Part shown: positions 9,929-17,677 of the stretch, in pieces | How the letters are laid out: every line of letters starts with the position of its first letter | Position numbering within the stretch: position 1 is the stretch's first letter | Translations under genes and position numbers: made by a program | Source: an uncultured bacterium | GTDB lineage: Bacteria > Bipolaricaulota > Bipolaricaulia > UBA7950 > UBA9294 | Direction: 5' to 3' | NCBI GenBank assembly: GCA_903857865.1 | Contig: CAIOGO010000006.1 | Location: forward strand, 66,511 to 130,510 | DNA: 64,000 nt | Notes under the pieces: generated by a model | The model's database searches: none | The model's input: the letters and a program-made list of their open reading frames with translations, nothing else | Told to the model about the DNA's origin: nothing

Positions 9929-10897
9929 TTACTTACCCGTCGTGGGCGTCGTCGCCGGCTTCACCGTCTCGGTGCCGACCGGCTCCTCGCCGAGCAGTCC
10001 GCCCAGCGAGAACTCCGCCGACAGCACGAGCGTGTTCCCCAGCGTCTGGTTCAGGACATACGCCGCGTCCACGTACAGGCCCGCCACGTTGATCCCTGCT
10101 CCAACGGTGAAGTAGTAGTCCTGGAAGTTGTTCGTCAGAACCACGCCGCCGCGCAGCGCCAACTCGTTGATCACCTTGAACTCCACGCCAACGTGCGTGT
10201 CCCCAAGGCTCGATCCGTCAAAGTCGACGTCCGTCGCCAGCACCAGCTTGTTGTCCGCCAGCTTCATCGCAATGCCGGCCTTGTACATTCCGGTGATGGT
10301 GTCCTTCGCGCCGCCGGACCAATCGAGCGCGCTGCCCGCAAGGTCCTTCGCGTTCACGCCGATCACGAACATGTCGCCAAGGCTCACCAGCAAGCCGAGG
10401 TCAAAGCCAAACCCACTGGCCGTGTCCCCCAGTCCGCTGTCCGCCATGTAGTACTTCACGTTCGCGCCCGCCATCGCGACGTCCATCACGTTCGTCGCCA
10501 GCGATCCAACGATCGCCTGCTCCGTCCACGTGAACGTCTCGCCGATCGTGCCTTCCCCGTCCACTGCCTGGCCGTCGATGGCAGCTCGCTCCCATCCAAG
10601 GCCGACTCCGAGGTTGGCAAACGTCGTCACGGCACCGACGTACTGGTGCGTAACGCCCAGTCCGTACAGGTCCGTCGACATCCCCGCCAGCCGCGTGTCG
10701 TTCAACAGTGCAAGACCCGCGGGATTCCAGCACGCCGCCGTCGCGTCATCCGCGACCGCCACAAACGCTCCACCCATCGCCAGAGCACGCGCGCCAACTC
10801 CATTCTTGAACGCGCTGAACGCTCCGATGCCGTCCGCCATCGCGACCGCGGACAGGACCAGGATGAGCGCTAGACTCACAATCATCGCTCTCTTCAT
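9929..10897 (-). CDS. PorV/PorQ-family (FadL/OmpP1-like) outer-membrane beta-barrel
   Basis: Signal peptide; GARALAMGGAFVAVADDATAACWNPAGLA signature; GFGFDLG, LALRGG, GAGI and DAAY strands. Confidence 0.85.
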   Translation of the reverse strand: MKRAMIVSLALILVLSAVAMADGIGAFSAFKNGVGARALAMGGAFVAVADDATAACWNPAGLALLNDTRLAGMSTDLYGLGVTHQYVGAVTTFANLGVGLGWERAAIDGQAVDGEGTIGETFTWTEQAIVGSLATNVMDVAMAGANVKYYMADSGLGDTASGFGFDLGLLVSLGDMFVIGVNAKDLAGSALDWSGGAKDTITGMYKAGIAMKLADNKLVLATDVDFDGSSLGDTHVGVEFKVINELALRGGVVLTNNFQDYYFTVGAGINVAGLYVDAAYVLNQTLGNTLVLSAEFSLGGLLGEEPVGTETVKPATTPTTGK

Positions 10898-10973
10898 CGC
10901 TGCCTGTACCCCCTTTGTAGGGTTGCAGAGTCGGGTTGCCGGACTCGTCGCCCGGCAACCCGTTTTCGCTTCC

Positions 10974-13900
10974 TTACCGGTTGATGAACAACGTTCCCTT
11001 ACCATTGAACGTGTCCGTCCCGTCCGTCGCCGTCACTAGGTAGATGTACGCGCCGTTCGCCACAAACGCGCCGCCGTCGTCCTTACCGTTCCAGACGATC
11101 TTCGTCACGTTCGCCAGCTCGCTCGCCCACACCACGTGCCCTGCGAGGTCGTATACCGTCACCGACATCACCGAAGCAATGCCGCTTCCCTTGTATGCAA
11201 ACGTCACATCGCCAGCCGACGGGTTCGGCCCTGCGTAGAAGCTCGTAACATCAAGCTTGCTCGCGATGATCGTGATCGTGTCGGTCGACGTATCGGTCGG
11301 ATCCGTCGGATCCTTGTACGTCGCCGTGATCGACGTTCCCGCCGTCAGGTTGAGATCCAGTCCGGTCGTGATGAACGTGTCCGTTGGCGCACCGGCGAGC
11401 GGCGCAAGAGCGTACGTTACCGTACCGATCGTCACCGCACCCGCCAGCGTCGTCGCCCCGGCGTGAGACGGGTCGACGACCTTCACGTACACCAGGTCCG
11501 CGTCCGTGTAGTTCACCACAGCGGCGCCCGTTGCATTCGTGAATGTCGTCGTCGACGACTGCGACGCAGGCGTAGTGCCGCCACCAATGCCCACCTTAAC
11601 CTGGATCATGGCCGAATCCGAGTGGTTCGACGGATCCTGGTAGTAGGCCACAACCGTATCGCCCGGCAGCGCGCCGAGCGTCGGCACGCACGTGTACACG
11701 TTCACCAGGTCGACGCAGATGACCGACACGAAGTCTCCCGTGGTCACGCCCGTCTCAAGAAGATCGAGCGCCGCCCACTGGCCACTCCGCGGGTTCAACA
11801 CGTACACCTTGGGATACGAGTACTGATAACTGTTGTACTGAGCGTCTCTGGCGCTAGCGTCAGAGAGTCTGCTGAAGATGTTCGTGTCGCCGAACAGCGC
11901 GTTCAGCGGGTTGATGTACGTCCGAGTCCAGTCGCAGACGAACCCGTTCAAGGCCCGGGGTCCGAACGGCATGTTCTGGTTCTTGTCCCAGAACCCGTCG
12001 ATGCGCTCGCGGCGCAGCGTGTCCTCGTTCTGATCCGCGTCCACCACTTCGATGAACACGCAGTCCGAGTTCACGTAGCCAGACACGCGGTTGCCCTGCC
12101 GGTCGAGGAAGTACATGGTGACCGACTGGCCGTTGTACACCTGCGTGTCCGCGATCTCCATCAGGTCGAACGACACATCGTTCGCCACGCGGATCCGATC
12201 GATCTTCGGCGGGAACGCGGTGCTGGCCGTGCTCGCAAACGTTTCGTCGCCGAGACCGCCCATGCCTTCAAGGCCGGTCACATAGTACACGTCGTTGTAC
12301 TGCACGTAGACGTGGTCCTCGTTGAACACCTCGAGCTTCCAGTTGTCAAGATTCAGCTGGTAGCCGCCCGTCTTGGACGGCTCATTCCCGATGCCCATTG
12401 CGTCCCACACCGGCAGAAGTTCCGTCCCGGCGTTGGAGAAGAAGACGGGCGAGTTCGAACTCGTCTCGTCGAGGATCAACCACTCGGCGTCGTCCCACTC
12501 GTGCGGATCGCAGATCGAGACAACAACCTGCTCCGGGCAGCACGGGTCAACGTTCGCGTTCGCGTCGATGACCTGCACGTACACCGGGTCGCGGCCGATC
12601 CAGAAGAGCTCCTTGTCCTGGCGCGTCGCGTCGGTGAACGACGTGATCGAGTGCTGCTTCTCCTCGATGTACGACACGCCGACTTGGAAGTCGTCCTCGT
12701 CGTTCGGGTCAATGTAGTAGGCCACGAGCACGTCGCGCACGCTCAGACTGTAGAACCCAAGATCCACGAGGATCGAGTTCAGGTTGAGCTGGAACACGCC
12801 CGTGTTCACGCCCGTCTCCTGCGCGTAGAACATCACTTCCGTGACGCCGTTCGTAGCGACGGTGTCGAAGAACGTGACGTTGCTCTGCGACTGGACCGGG
12901 TACTGCATGTAGTAGTTCCCAGCCATCGCAGGCCTTGTCGGGAACGTCAGGCCGCTGTTGTAGATGTTGTACCAGGCAATCGGCGCCGGCTTTGGCGCCG
13001 CAGTTGTCACAACTCGCTCGGTACCGTCGAGCTCAACGCCGCCGGTGCGCTTGAGGGCGCAGAACCCGGTCGGGCTGTCCCAATCACTCGCGGTCTGCAC
13101 GGGGTTCCACGACTCGGGGTTCACGATGATGAACACCGGCACGTACTCGATCTCGTTGCAGTTCAAGTTCTCGTCCGCATCGGTCACCGTGATGGTGGCC
13201 GACCCGTTCGCGTCCTTGTAGATTTGCTGGTCCCACGTGACCGACCCCTTCGTGTCGATGATCTTCATCATCGCCGTCGCGACGTCGGTCGGATCGTTCT
13301 GGTCAACGACCATGCCGATCAGCGTGTCCATGTTCTCGAACCGGCCGTGCTCCTTCGTGACCCATGACGGAAGGGTGGTCAGAGCAGTAGGAAGAGCCAC
13401 GGTCTGTTTGCCACGGATTCCGTTCACGTACTCCCACTGTCCGAAGTTGGTGTTGTTTCGAGTGCTGTCGAACGGGCCATGGAAACCGTTCTTCGCCGAG
13501 AGGACTCCCGCGAAGTCGAGGCCGACCCAGTGAGTGTTCAACTCATCCACTCGGTAGTCGAGCCGCGTGCCGATCTGCATCGGCTGGCTGCTCACGAACA
13601 GACCCGTGTCGGCGCCCGTCTCCTCAAAGTAGACGATGTCCGCGGGTACGTCCTTCCCGGGATTGTGCCCAGGCTGGTAGTGGCCGTACGCGGCCACATC
13701 ATTGCCAGCTCTCGCCAGAGCAAACGCAAAGTTGATGTACGCGCCGGTCTTGGGATCGAACACCTTCGCGTCCGTCCAGAACTTGTCGCGCACGTCGCAG
13801 TCAATGTTCTCGTCCGGATCGTGTACGACCATCCAGACCTGGCTTCCTTCTTGCACATTCGTAACCCTTGTCTGGCCGTTCTTGTCGCTCGAGAAATACA

Positions 13901-13988
13901 GCTCCGAGTTCGTCGCGGCGGCAGAAAGGGCGAAGAACGCCATAACCAGAATCGTTACGACGCTCAGTACTCCCAGTCTCTTCTTCAA
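10974..13988 (-). CDS. Large secreted S-layer-like protein A, paralogue of 6575-9673
   Basis: TTG start after GGAGGT; signal peptide; same repeat motifs; C-terminus AGPNPS...VYDLAGHVV...WNGKDDGG...NGAYIY...KGTLFINR. Confidence 0.8.
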   Translation of the reverse strand: MKKRLGVLSVVTILVMAFFALSAAATNSELYFSSDKNGQTRVTNVQEGSQVWMVVHDPDENIDCDVRDKFWTDAKVFDPKTGAYINFAFALARAGNDVAAYGHYQPGHNPGKDVPADIVYFEETGADTGLFVSSQPMQIGTRLDYRVDELNTHWVGLDFAGVLSAKNGFHGPFDSTRNNTNFGQWEYVNGIRGKQTVALPTALTTLPSWVTKEHGRFENMDTLIGMVVDQNDPTDVATAMMKIIDTKGSVTWDQQIYKDANGSATITVTDADENLNCNEIEYVPVFIIVNPESWNPVQTASDWDSPTGFCALKRTGGVELDGTERVVTTAAPKPAPIAWYNIYNSGLTFPTRPAMAGNYYMQYPVQSQSNVTFFDTVATNGVTEVMFYAQETGVNTGVFQLNLNSILVDLGFYSLSVRDVLVAYYIDPNDEDDFQVGVSYIEEKQHSITSFTDATRQDKELFWIGRDPVYVQVIDANANVDPCCPEQVVVSICDPHEWDDAEWLILDETSSNSPVFFSNAGTELLPVWDAMGIGNEPSKTGGYQLNLDNWKLEVFNEDHVYVQYNDVYYVTGLEGMGGLGDETFASTASTAFPPKIDRIRVANDVSFDLMEIADTQVYNGQSVTMYFLDRQGNRVSGYVNSDCVFIEVVDADQNEDTLRRERIDGFWDKNQNMPFGPRALNGFVCDWTRTYINPLNALFGDTNIFSRLSDASARDAQYNSYQYSYPKVYVLNPRSGQWAALDLLETGVTTGDFVSVICVDLVNVYTCVPTLGALPGDTVVAYYQDPSNHSDSAMIQVKVGIGGGTTPASQSSTTTFTNATGAAVVNYTDADLVYVKVVDPSHAGATTLAGAVTIGTVTYALAPLAGAPTDTFITTGLDLNLTAGTSITATYKDPTDPTDTSTDTITIIASKLDVTSFYAGPNPSAGDVTFAYKGSGIASVMSVTVYDLAGHVVWASELANVTKIVWNGKDDGGAFVANGAYIYLVTATDGTDTFNGKGTLFINR

Positions 13989-14284
13989 CGTCCTACCTCC
14001 TTCGTAGTTCGAAGATCTCGCTTGTGTTCTTTCGCTTCGTTCATCTTGTTCGGTCATCGGAGGCACCCCCTGCACTCTTCCTTCACGCCTCCACCCCGCT
14101 TGTAGGGACACACGGTTCCACACGTTCCGCCCCACCACCTCCAGAGGGAAGCTCTATGGTCGGCTTCCGCTCGGCCTCGCCGAGTCCAAGGAACAAACGC
14201 TGCCCAGTGTAGCAGCAACGCCAAGTCGCATTCTCAATGACCAGCGGAAGTGGTTGCCCACCCCCCCATTTCGTGAGTCGCTCG

Positions 14285-14314
14285 ATCTTACAGCACGCCC
14301 GCAACGTCTGTCAA
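14285..14314 (-). promoter_or_regulatory. Sigma70-type promoter for the surface-protein locus
   Basis: TTGACA-N18-TAAGAT on minus strand, about 290 nt upstream of the start codon. Confidence 0.65.
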
Positions 14315-14341
14315 GCGCGATCAGGACTGAGCCATCTCCCC

Positions 14342-14372
14342 ATCGTACAGCACCCGGCATGGCGGGCGTCAA
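14342..14372 (-). promoter_or_regulatory. Second tandem promoter candidate
   Basis: TTGACG-N19-TACGAT; shares GTGCTGTA.GAT context with the first promoter. Confidence 0.4.
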
Positions 14373-14591
14373 CGTCTTCCGTGCCGCGTGGGATGAGCAC
14401 AATCCAGGACTCACCATGCGTGAACCACCTCCCGGTCGGTGTTTCTTTCCAGATCGCCCCAGGCTACAGCGTCTCGGGCCCCTCAACCTGTACGGTGGGC
14501 GCTCGCGACCTGCCTCCGGTCCGCCTCGGTGGGGACACGCGTCCGTGATCCGAACTACGCGGTCCGCGGCCGGCAGGGCGACGCCCTCGCC

Positions 14592-14621
14592 TTGACACGA
14601 TCGGCAAGGAGTCGATATCGT
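14592..14621 (+). promoter_or_regulatory. Sigma70-type promoter
   Basis: TTGACA-N18-TATCGT upstream of 14653. Confidence 0.55.
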
Positions 14622-14652
14622 GGCTTCGTTGCCCCGAGGGGGAGGAGGAACC

Positions 14653-15345
14653 ATGACAGCGAAGGGAACGAGACGGGTACTGGCCAGCCTCTTGGTTGCG
14701 GCCGTCCTTGTGGGGCTCTCGATGGCGGGGAACGCGGTGACGGTGGCGGTGAAGACGAACGGGGGGCACGTGCTGCAAGGGACCCTGTCCGGACTCGCCC
14801 CAACGCTGCGGCTGCAGGATCCTACCCCTCCCGTGGGGCCCGCGGCGCAGTTCGACATCCCTCTCGCGTCCATCGAGCAGATGTGGATCAACTTTCCGCG
14901 CGTCGTCATCGAGACGGCCGACCATGTGATCGTCGGTCCCTACTCGGCGTTCGCGGGCATCGCGCAACTGCTTAGGATCGAAGACGCGGGGAGCGTCACC
15001 GAGGTGCCGTTCGCCGCGGTGCAGGCGATCGCGTTCAACGGCGCCGCGTTCCACGCCTTGCCGCGCGAGTGGCTCGGCCGAGACTGGCTGAACCAGCGAG
15101 GCTACGTGGTGAACACGACGGCCGGAGCGGTCGGCGCCGCGGCGGCGACCGAAGCGGAAACCGAGCCCCTGATTGTGTCGGCTCCGCTTGCGGAGGGGGG
15201 CGACGAGGTCATCTGGAACGGTACGCCGCCGGCCGCGCCGGCGCCGACAGCATCGAGCGGGGAACTGCCGTGGTGGGTGCTGCTCATCGGTGTCGCGGTC
15301 GTGGTCGCCCTGTTCCTCTTCCTCCCAGCGGGCAAGGGGGCGTGA
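14653..15345 (+). CDS. Exported hypothetical protein with C-terminal membrane anchor
   Basis: SD GGAGGAGG; signal peptide; Ala/Pro linker; C-terminal TM PWWVLLIGVAVVVALFLFL. Confidence 0.75.
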   Translation: MTAKGTRRVLASLLVAAVLVGLSMAGNAVTVAVKTNGGHVLQGTLSGLAPTLRLQDPTPPVGPAAQFDIPLASIEQMWINFPRVVIETADHVIVGPYSAFAGIAQLLRIEDAGSVTEVPFAAVQAIAFNGAAFHALPREWLGRDWLNQRGYVVNTTAGAVGAAAATEAETEPLIVSAPLAEGGDEVIWNGTPPAAPAPTASSGELPWWVLLIGVAVVVALFLFLPAGKGA

Positions 15346-15352
15346 GGGCCTC

Positions 15353-16642
15353 TTGAGGCATAGCCTTGAGGGGCACAACCTCAAGGGGTGGGGCCGCGGA
15401 GCTTCCGTCCTCGTTGCCCTTGTCGCCGCCCTCACGTCGACGGCGGGAGTCGATTCGCACGCGTCGCAGGTCCGCACCGAGTCGAAGCACTTCGTCATCA
15501 CCTACAAGGCAGGCACGTCGTTCGACTACGTGCAGCTCGTGCAGCGCGGCCTCGAGGCGGCCTACGACCTCTTCGTCGTCCGTTCGGCCTTCGCGACCTT
15601 CCCCACGACCGTCGAGGTGATCATCCTGGCCGAAGGCACAGGCAGCATGGGCGCGGAGTACCTTGAGACGGACGACGCCGGGAATTCTTCCCCCGTGATC
15701 GAGATCGCGCCCGAAGCGTTCATGCAAGCTGCCGCCGACGCCACCTCGACGGGCCTTTCGCTCACCGAGGCCGTGCTGTCGACGACAGCGCACGAGTTCT
15801 TCCACGTCCTCCAGGACTACGCGTCGCTCAACGGGGCGGGCGATGTCTCGGAGGCTGCGTTCATCGAGCCGCTCGCCACGGCCGTGCAGGAGATCGCCGC
15901 CCCGAACGCCAACGACTACATCGACGCGGCCGCCGACCTCCTGCTCGCCCCGGACGCGATGTCCTTCCTCAATCGCGGCTACGACGGAGGACTCTTCTGG
16001 GTCTTCGTGCTCGACCGCTACGGAGGTCTCAACGCCATTCGCCGCGTCATGAAGGCGAGCGCAACCTACGACGGCAGCCAGGCGATCGACCACGCGTTTG
16101 CCGCCGAGGGCTTCACGTTTCTCGATCTCTGGGCCAAGTTCGCCATCGCGCTCGCGACGAACACCCTGCCGGACGCAGGCGTAATCGCCAAGCTCCTCGC
16201 GTCCTGGCGCTCGGAGCTCGATCTTCCCGGCCTCTACCTGCCCCCGGCGCTGGCGGTCGCGGACTGGACTGGAGCCCCAGCGATCATGGATCGCGTCACC
16301 GAGACCTCGCCGGCCGACGCGCTCCTCGGCACCTCGGACAGCGCCCTAGGAGCTGGGCTCCTAGGAGCCCAGCTCCGCGTCGCCCACCCGTACGGCATCG
16401 ACATCGTGTCCATCCGCCCGAGGTCAGCCGCGCCTCTTGCCATCGCCGTCACCGCGTCCGCGGCCACCGACTTCCGCATCGCCGTCACGGGACGAAGAGG
16501 CGGCGCGTGGGAGCTCCTCTCCCTGTCGGGCCGCGAGATCGACGTGCCCAGCCCCCAGCGCTATGAGGAGATCCGCGTCATCCTCACCCGCGGCGAGACC
16601 GGCGACGGCTCGTACACCGTCCGGCTGTCAACGGGGCCGTAG
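15353..16642 (+). CDS. Secreted zincin-like metallopeptidase (start uncertain)
   Basis: TTAHEFFHVLQ HExxH motif plus downstream Glu (FIEPLAT); hydrophobic N-terminus. Confidence 0.7.
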   Translation: MRHSLEGHNLKGWGRGASVLVALVAALTSTAGVDSHASQVRTESKHFVITYKAGTSFDYVQLVQRGLEAAYDLFVVRSAFATFPTTVEVIILAEGTGSMGAEYLETDDAGNSSPVIEIAPEAFMQAAADATSTGLSLTEAVLSTTAHEFFHVLQDYASLNGAGDVSEAAFIEPLATAVQEIAAPNANDYIDAAADLLLAPDAMSFLNRGYDGGLFWVFVLDRYGGLNAIRRVMKASATYDGSQAIDHAFAAEGFTFLDLWAKFAIALATNTLPDAGVIAKLLASWRSELDLPGLYLPPALAVADWTGAPAIMDRVTETSPADALLGTSDSALGAGLLGAQLRVAHPYGIDIVSIRPRSAAPLAIAVTASAATDFRIAVTGRRGGAWELLSLSGREIDVPSPQRYEEIRVILTRGETGDGSYTVRLSTGP

Positions 16643-16695
16643 GTCTTCTAGGGTGGTTGCGTCTAGACGCCCGCGCACCATACCATTGGCTTGTC

Positions 16696-16782
16696 GGAGG
16701 GATGACCGAACGGCAAGGAACCGCTCTCGAAAAGCGGCAAGGCGGCAACGCCCTCGGGGTTCGAATCCCCGTCCCTCCGCCA
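16696..16782 (+). tRNA. tRNA-Ser(CGA)
   Basis: Acceptor GGAGGGA/TCCCTCC; anticodon arm CCGCT-CTCGAAA-AGCGG; long variable arm; GGTTCGAATCC; encoded CCA. Confidence 0.93.
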
Positions 16783-16961
16783 GGGGCTGAGCGGCTGGCG
16801 CCGCTCAGCTTGGGAGTTCTGCCGACTTGCGCGGCTGCAGAACTCCTGCAGCGAACGGCCGTCGCGTATCGCGTAAGATGGGATGGTCAGGAGTTCCGCG
16901 ACCGAAGATGTGCGGAACTCCCTAGCGATGCTCTGCATCGCCGCGATGCAGAGCATCGCCT

Positions 16962-17035
16962 GCGCCCGTAGCTCAGTGGATTAGAGCGCCGGACTGCGGC
17001 TCCGGAGGTCACAGGTTCGAGTCCTGCCGGGCGTA
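16962..17035 (+). tRNA. tRNA-Arg(GCG)
   Basis: Acceptor GCGCCCG/CGGGCGT; D arm GCTC/GAGC; anticodon arm CCGGA-CTGCGGC-TCCGG; GGTTCGAGTCC; no encoded CCA. Confidence 0.9.
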
Positions 17036-17150
17036 AAGACGATGCGGGCCCTTCCGGGCCCGCATTGGCTTTTCTCCTGACCGGTGAGAAGCCGTTGGAG
17101 TTTCGCACGACCAAAGGGCGAAACTCCCCAGCCGCCCCGCAGGGCGGCCC

Positions 17151-17174
17151 AGGTTACGAGTCCTGTCGGGCGTA
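17151..17174 (+). pseudogene. tRNA-Arg 3' fragment (T arm and acceptor strand)
   Basis: AGGTTACGAGTCCTGTCGGGCGTA resembles the tRNA 3' end and is followed by a hairpin. Confidence 0.65.
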
Positions 17175-17442
17175 AAGCAGAGACCGGGGGCACGAGCGAC
17201 GTTGCGCTCGTGCCCCTTTGGCTTGTCAAGCTAAGAGTTCGAGAACCATCCACGGCGCTCGAACTCTCAAGCGACTCCATAGGAGTCCCCCGTAGCTCAT
17301 GTGGATGGTAGTCCCGCATCCATCGATCGGCGGGACTCCTTAGCGACTCCTGTGGAGTCGCCCGCGTCGGACCGGAGTTCCGCAGCCACTCCCGGCGGAA
17401 CTCCCCAGCGATGCCTCGCCCTTGCGCGACGCGAGACATCGC

Positions 17443-17484
17443 CTGCGGTTCCGGAGGTCACAAGTTCGAGTCCTGTCGGGCGTA
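17443..17484 (+). pseudogene. tRNA-Arg 3'-half copy (anticodon loop to discriminator)
   Basis: CTGCGGTTCCGGAGGTCACAAGTTCGAGTCCTGTCGGGCGTA versus 16994-17035; followed by terminator GCGGGATGGGC..GCCCATCCCGC-TTTT. Confidence 0.8.
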
Positions 17485-17677
17485 GAAGCGGGATGGGCAG
17501 GCGCGCCCATCCCGCTTTTACTTTCGGCGGTGAGAGCCTGTCGGAGTTCGCGCACGCGAACTCCAAAGTCACCCGCCGTTACATGTCTTTGGTGGCGTTG
17601 GGCCAGGTTCAGACAAGCGGGCCCGCTGGCGATCGCGCGAAGGCGGAAGGAGTGCTGTTGGAGCAACTCGTGCGTAG

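Larger units (their letters stand above)
16786..17564. repeat. Cluster of double-hairpin (GGAGTTC..GAACTCC-type) repeats interleaved with tRNA sequences
   Basis: Copies at 16786-16846(+), 16890-16959(-), 17097-17148(-), 17234-17287(-), 17282-17361(-), 17374-17442(-); partial at 17543-17564. Confidence 0.75.

Noticed and set aside
11136..13367. Long antisense ORFs (also 218-1846, 5049-6644, 22671-24329, 39601-41049, 50237-52090)
   Set aside because: Shadow frames opposite well-supported genes, expected in high-GC DNA; Arg/Val/His-rich with no motifs
6575..13988. Diversity-generating retroelement (TR/VR pair)
   Set aside because: Both copies are full genes; differences are not adenine-specific; no reverse transcriptase in the window
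14380..14570. 6S RNA or other known ncRNA
   Set aside because: Some short motifs looked suggestive, but I could not form the long closing stem; needs an Rfam search
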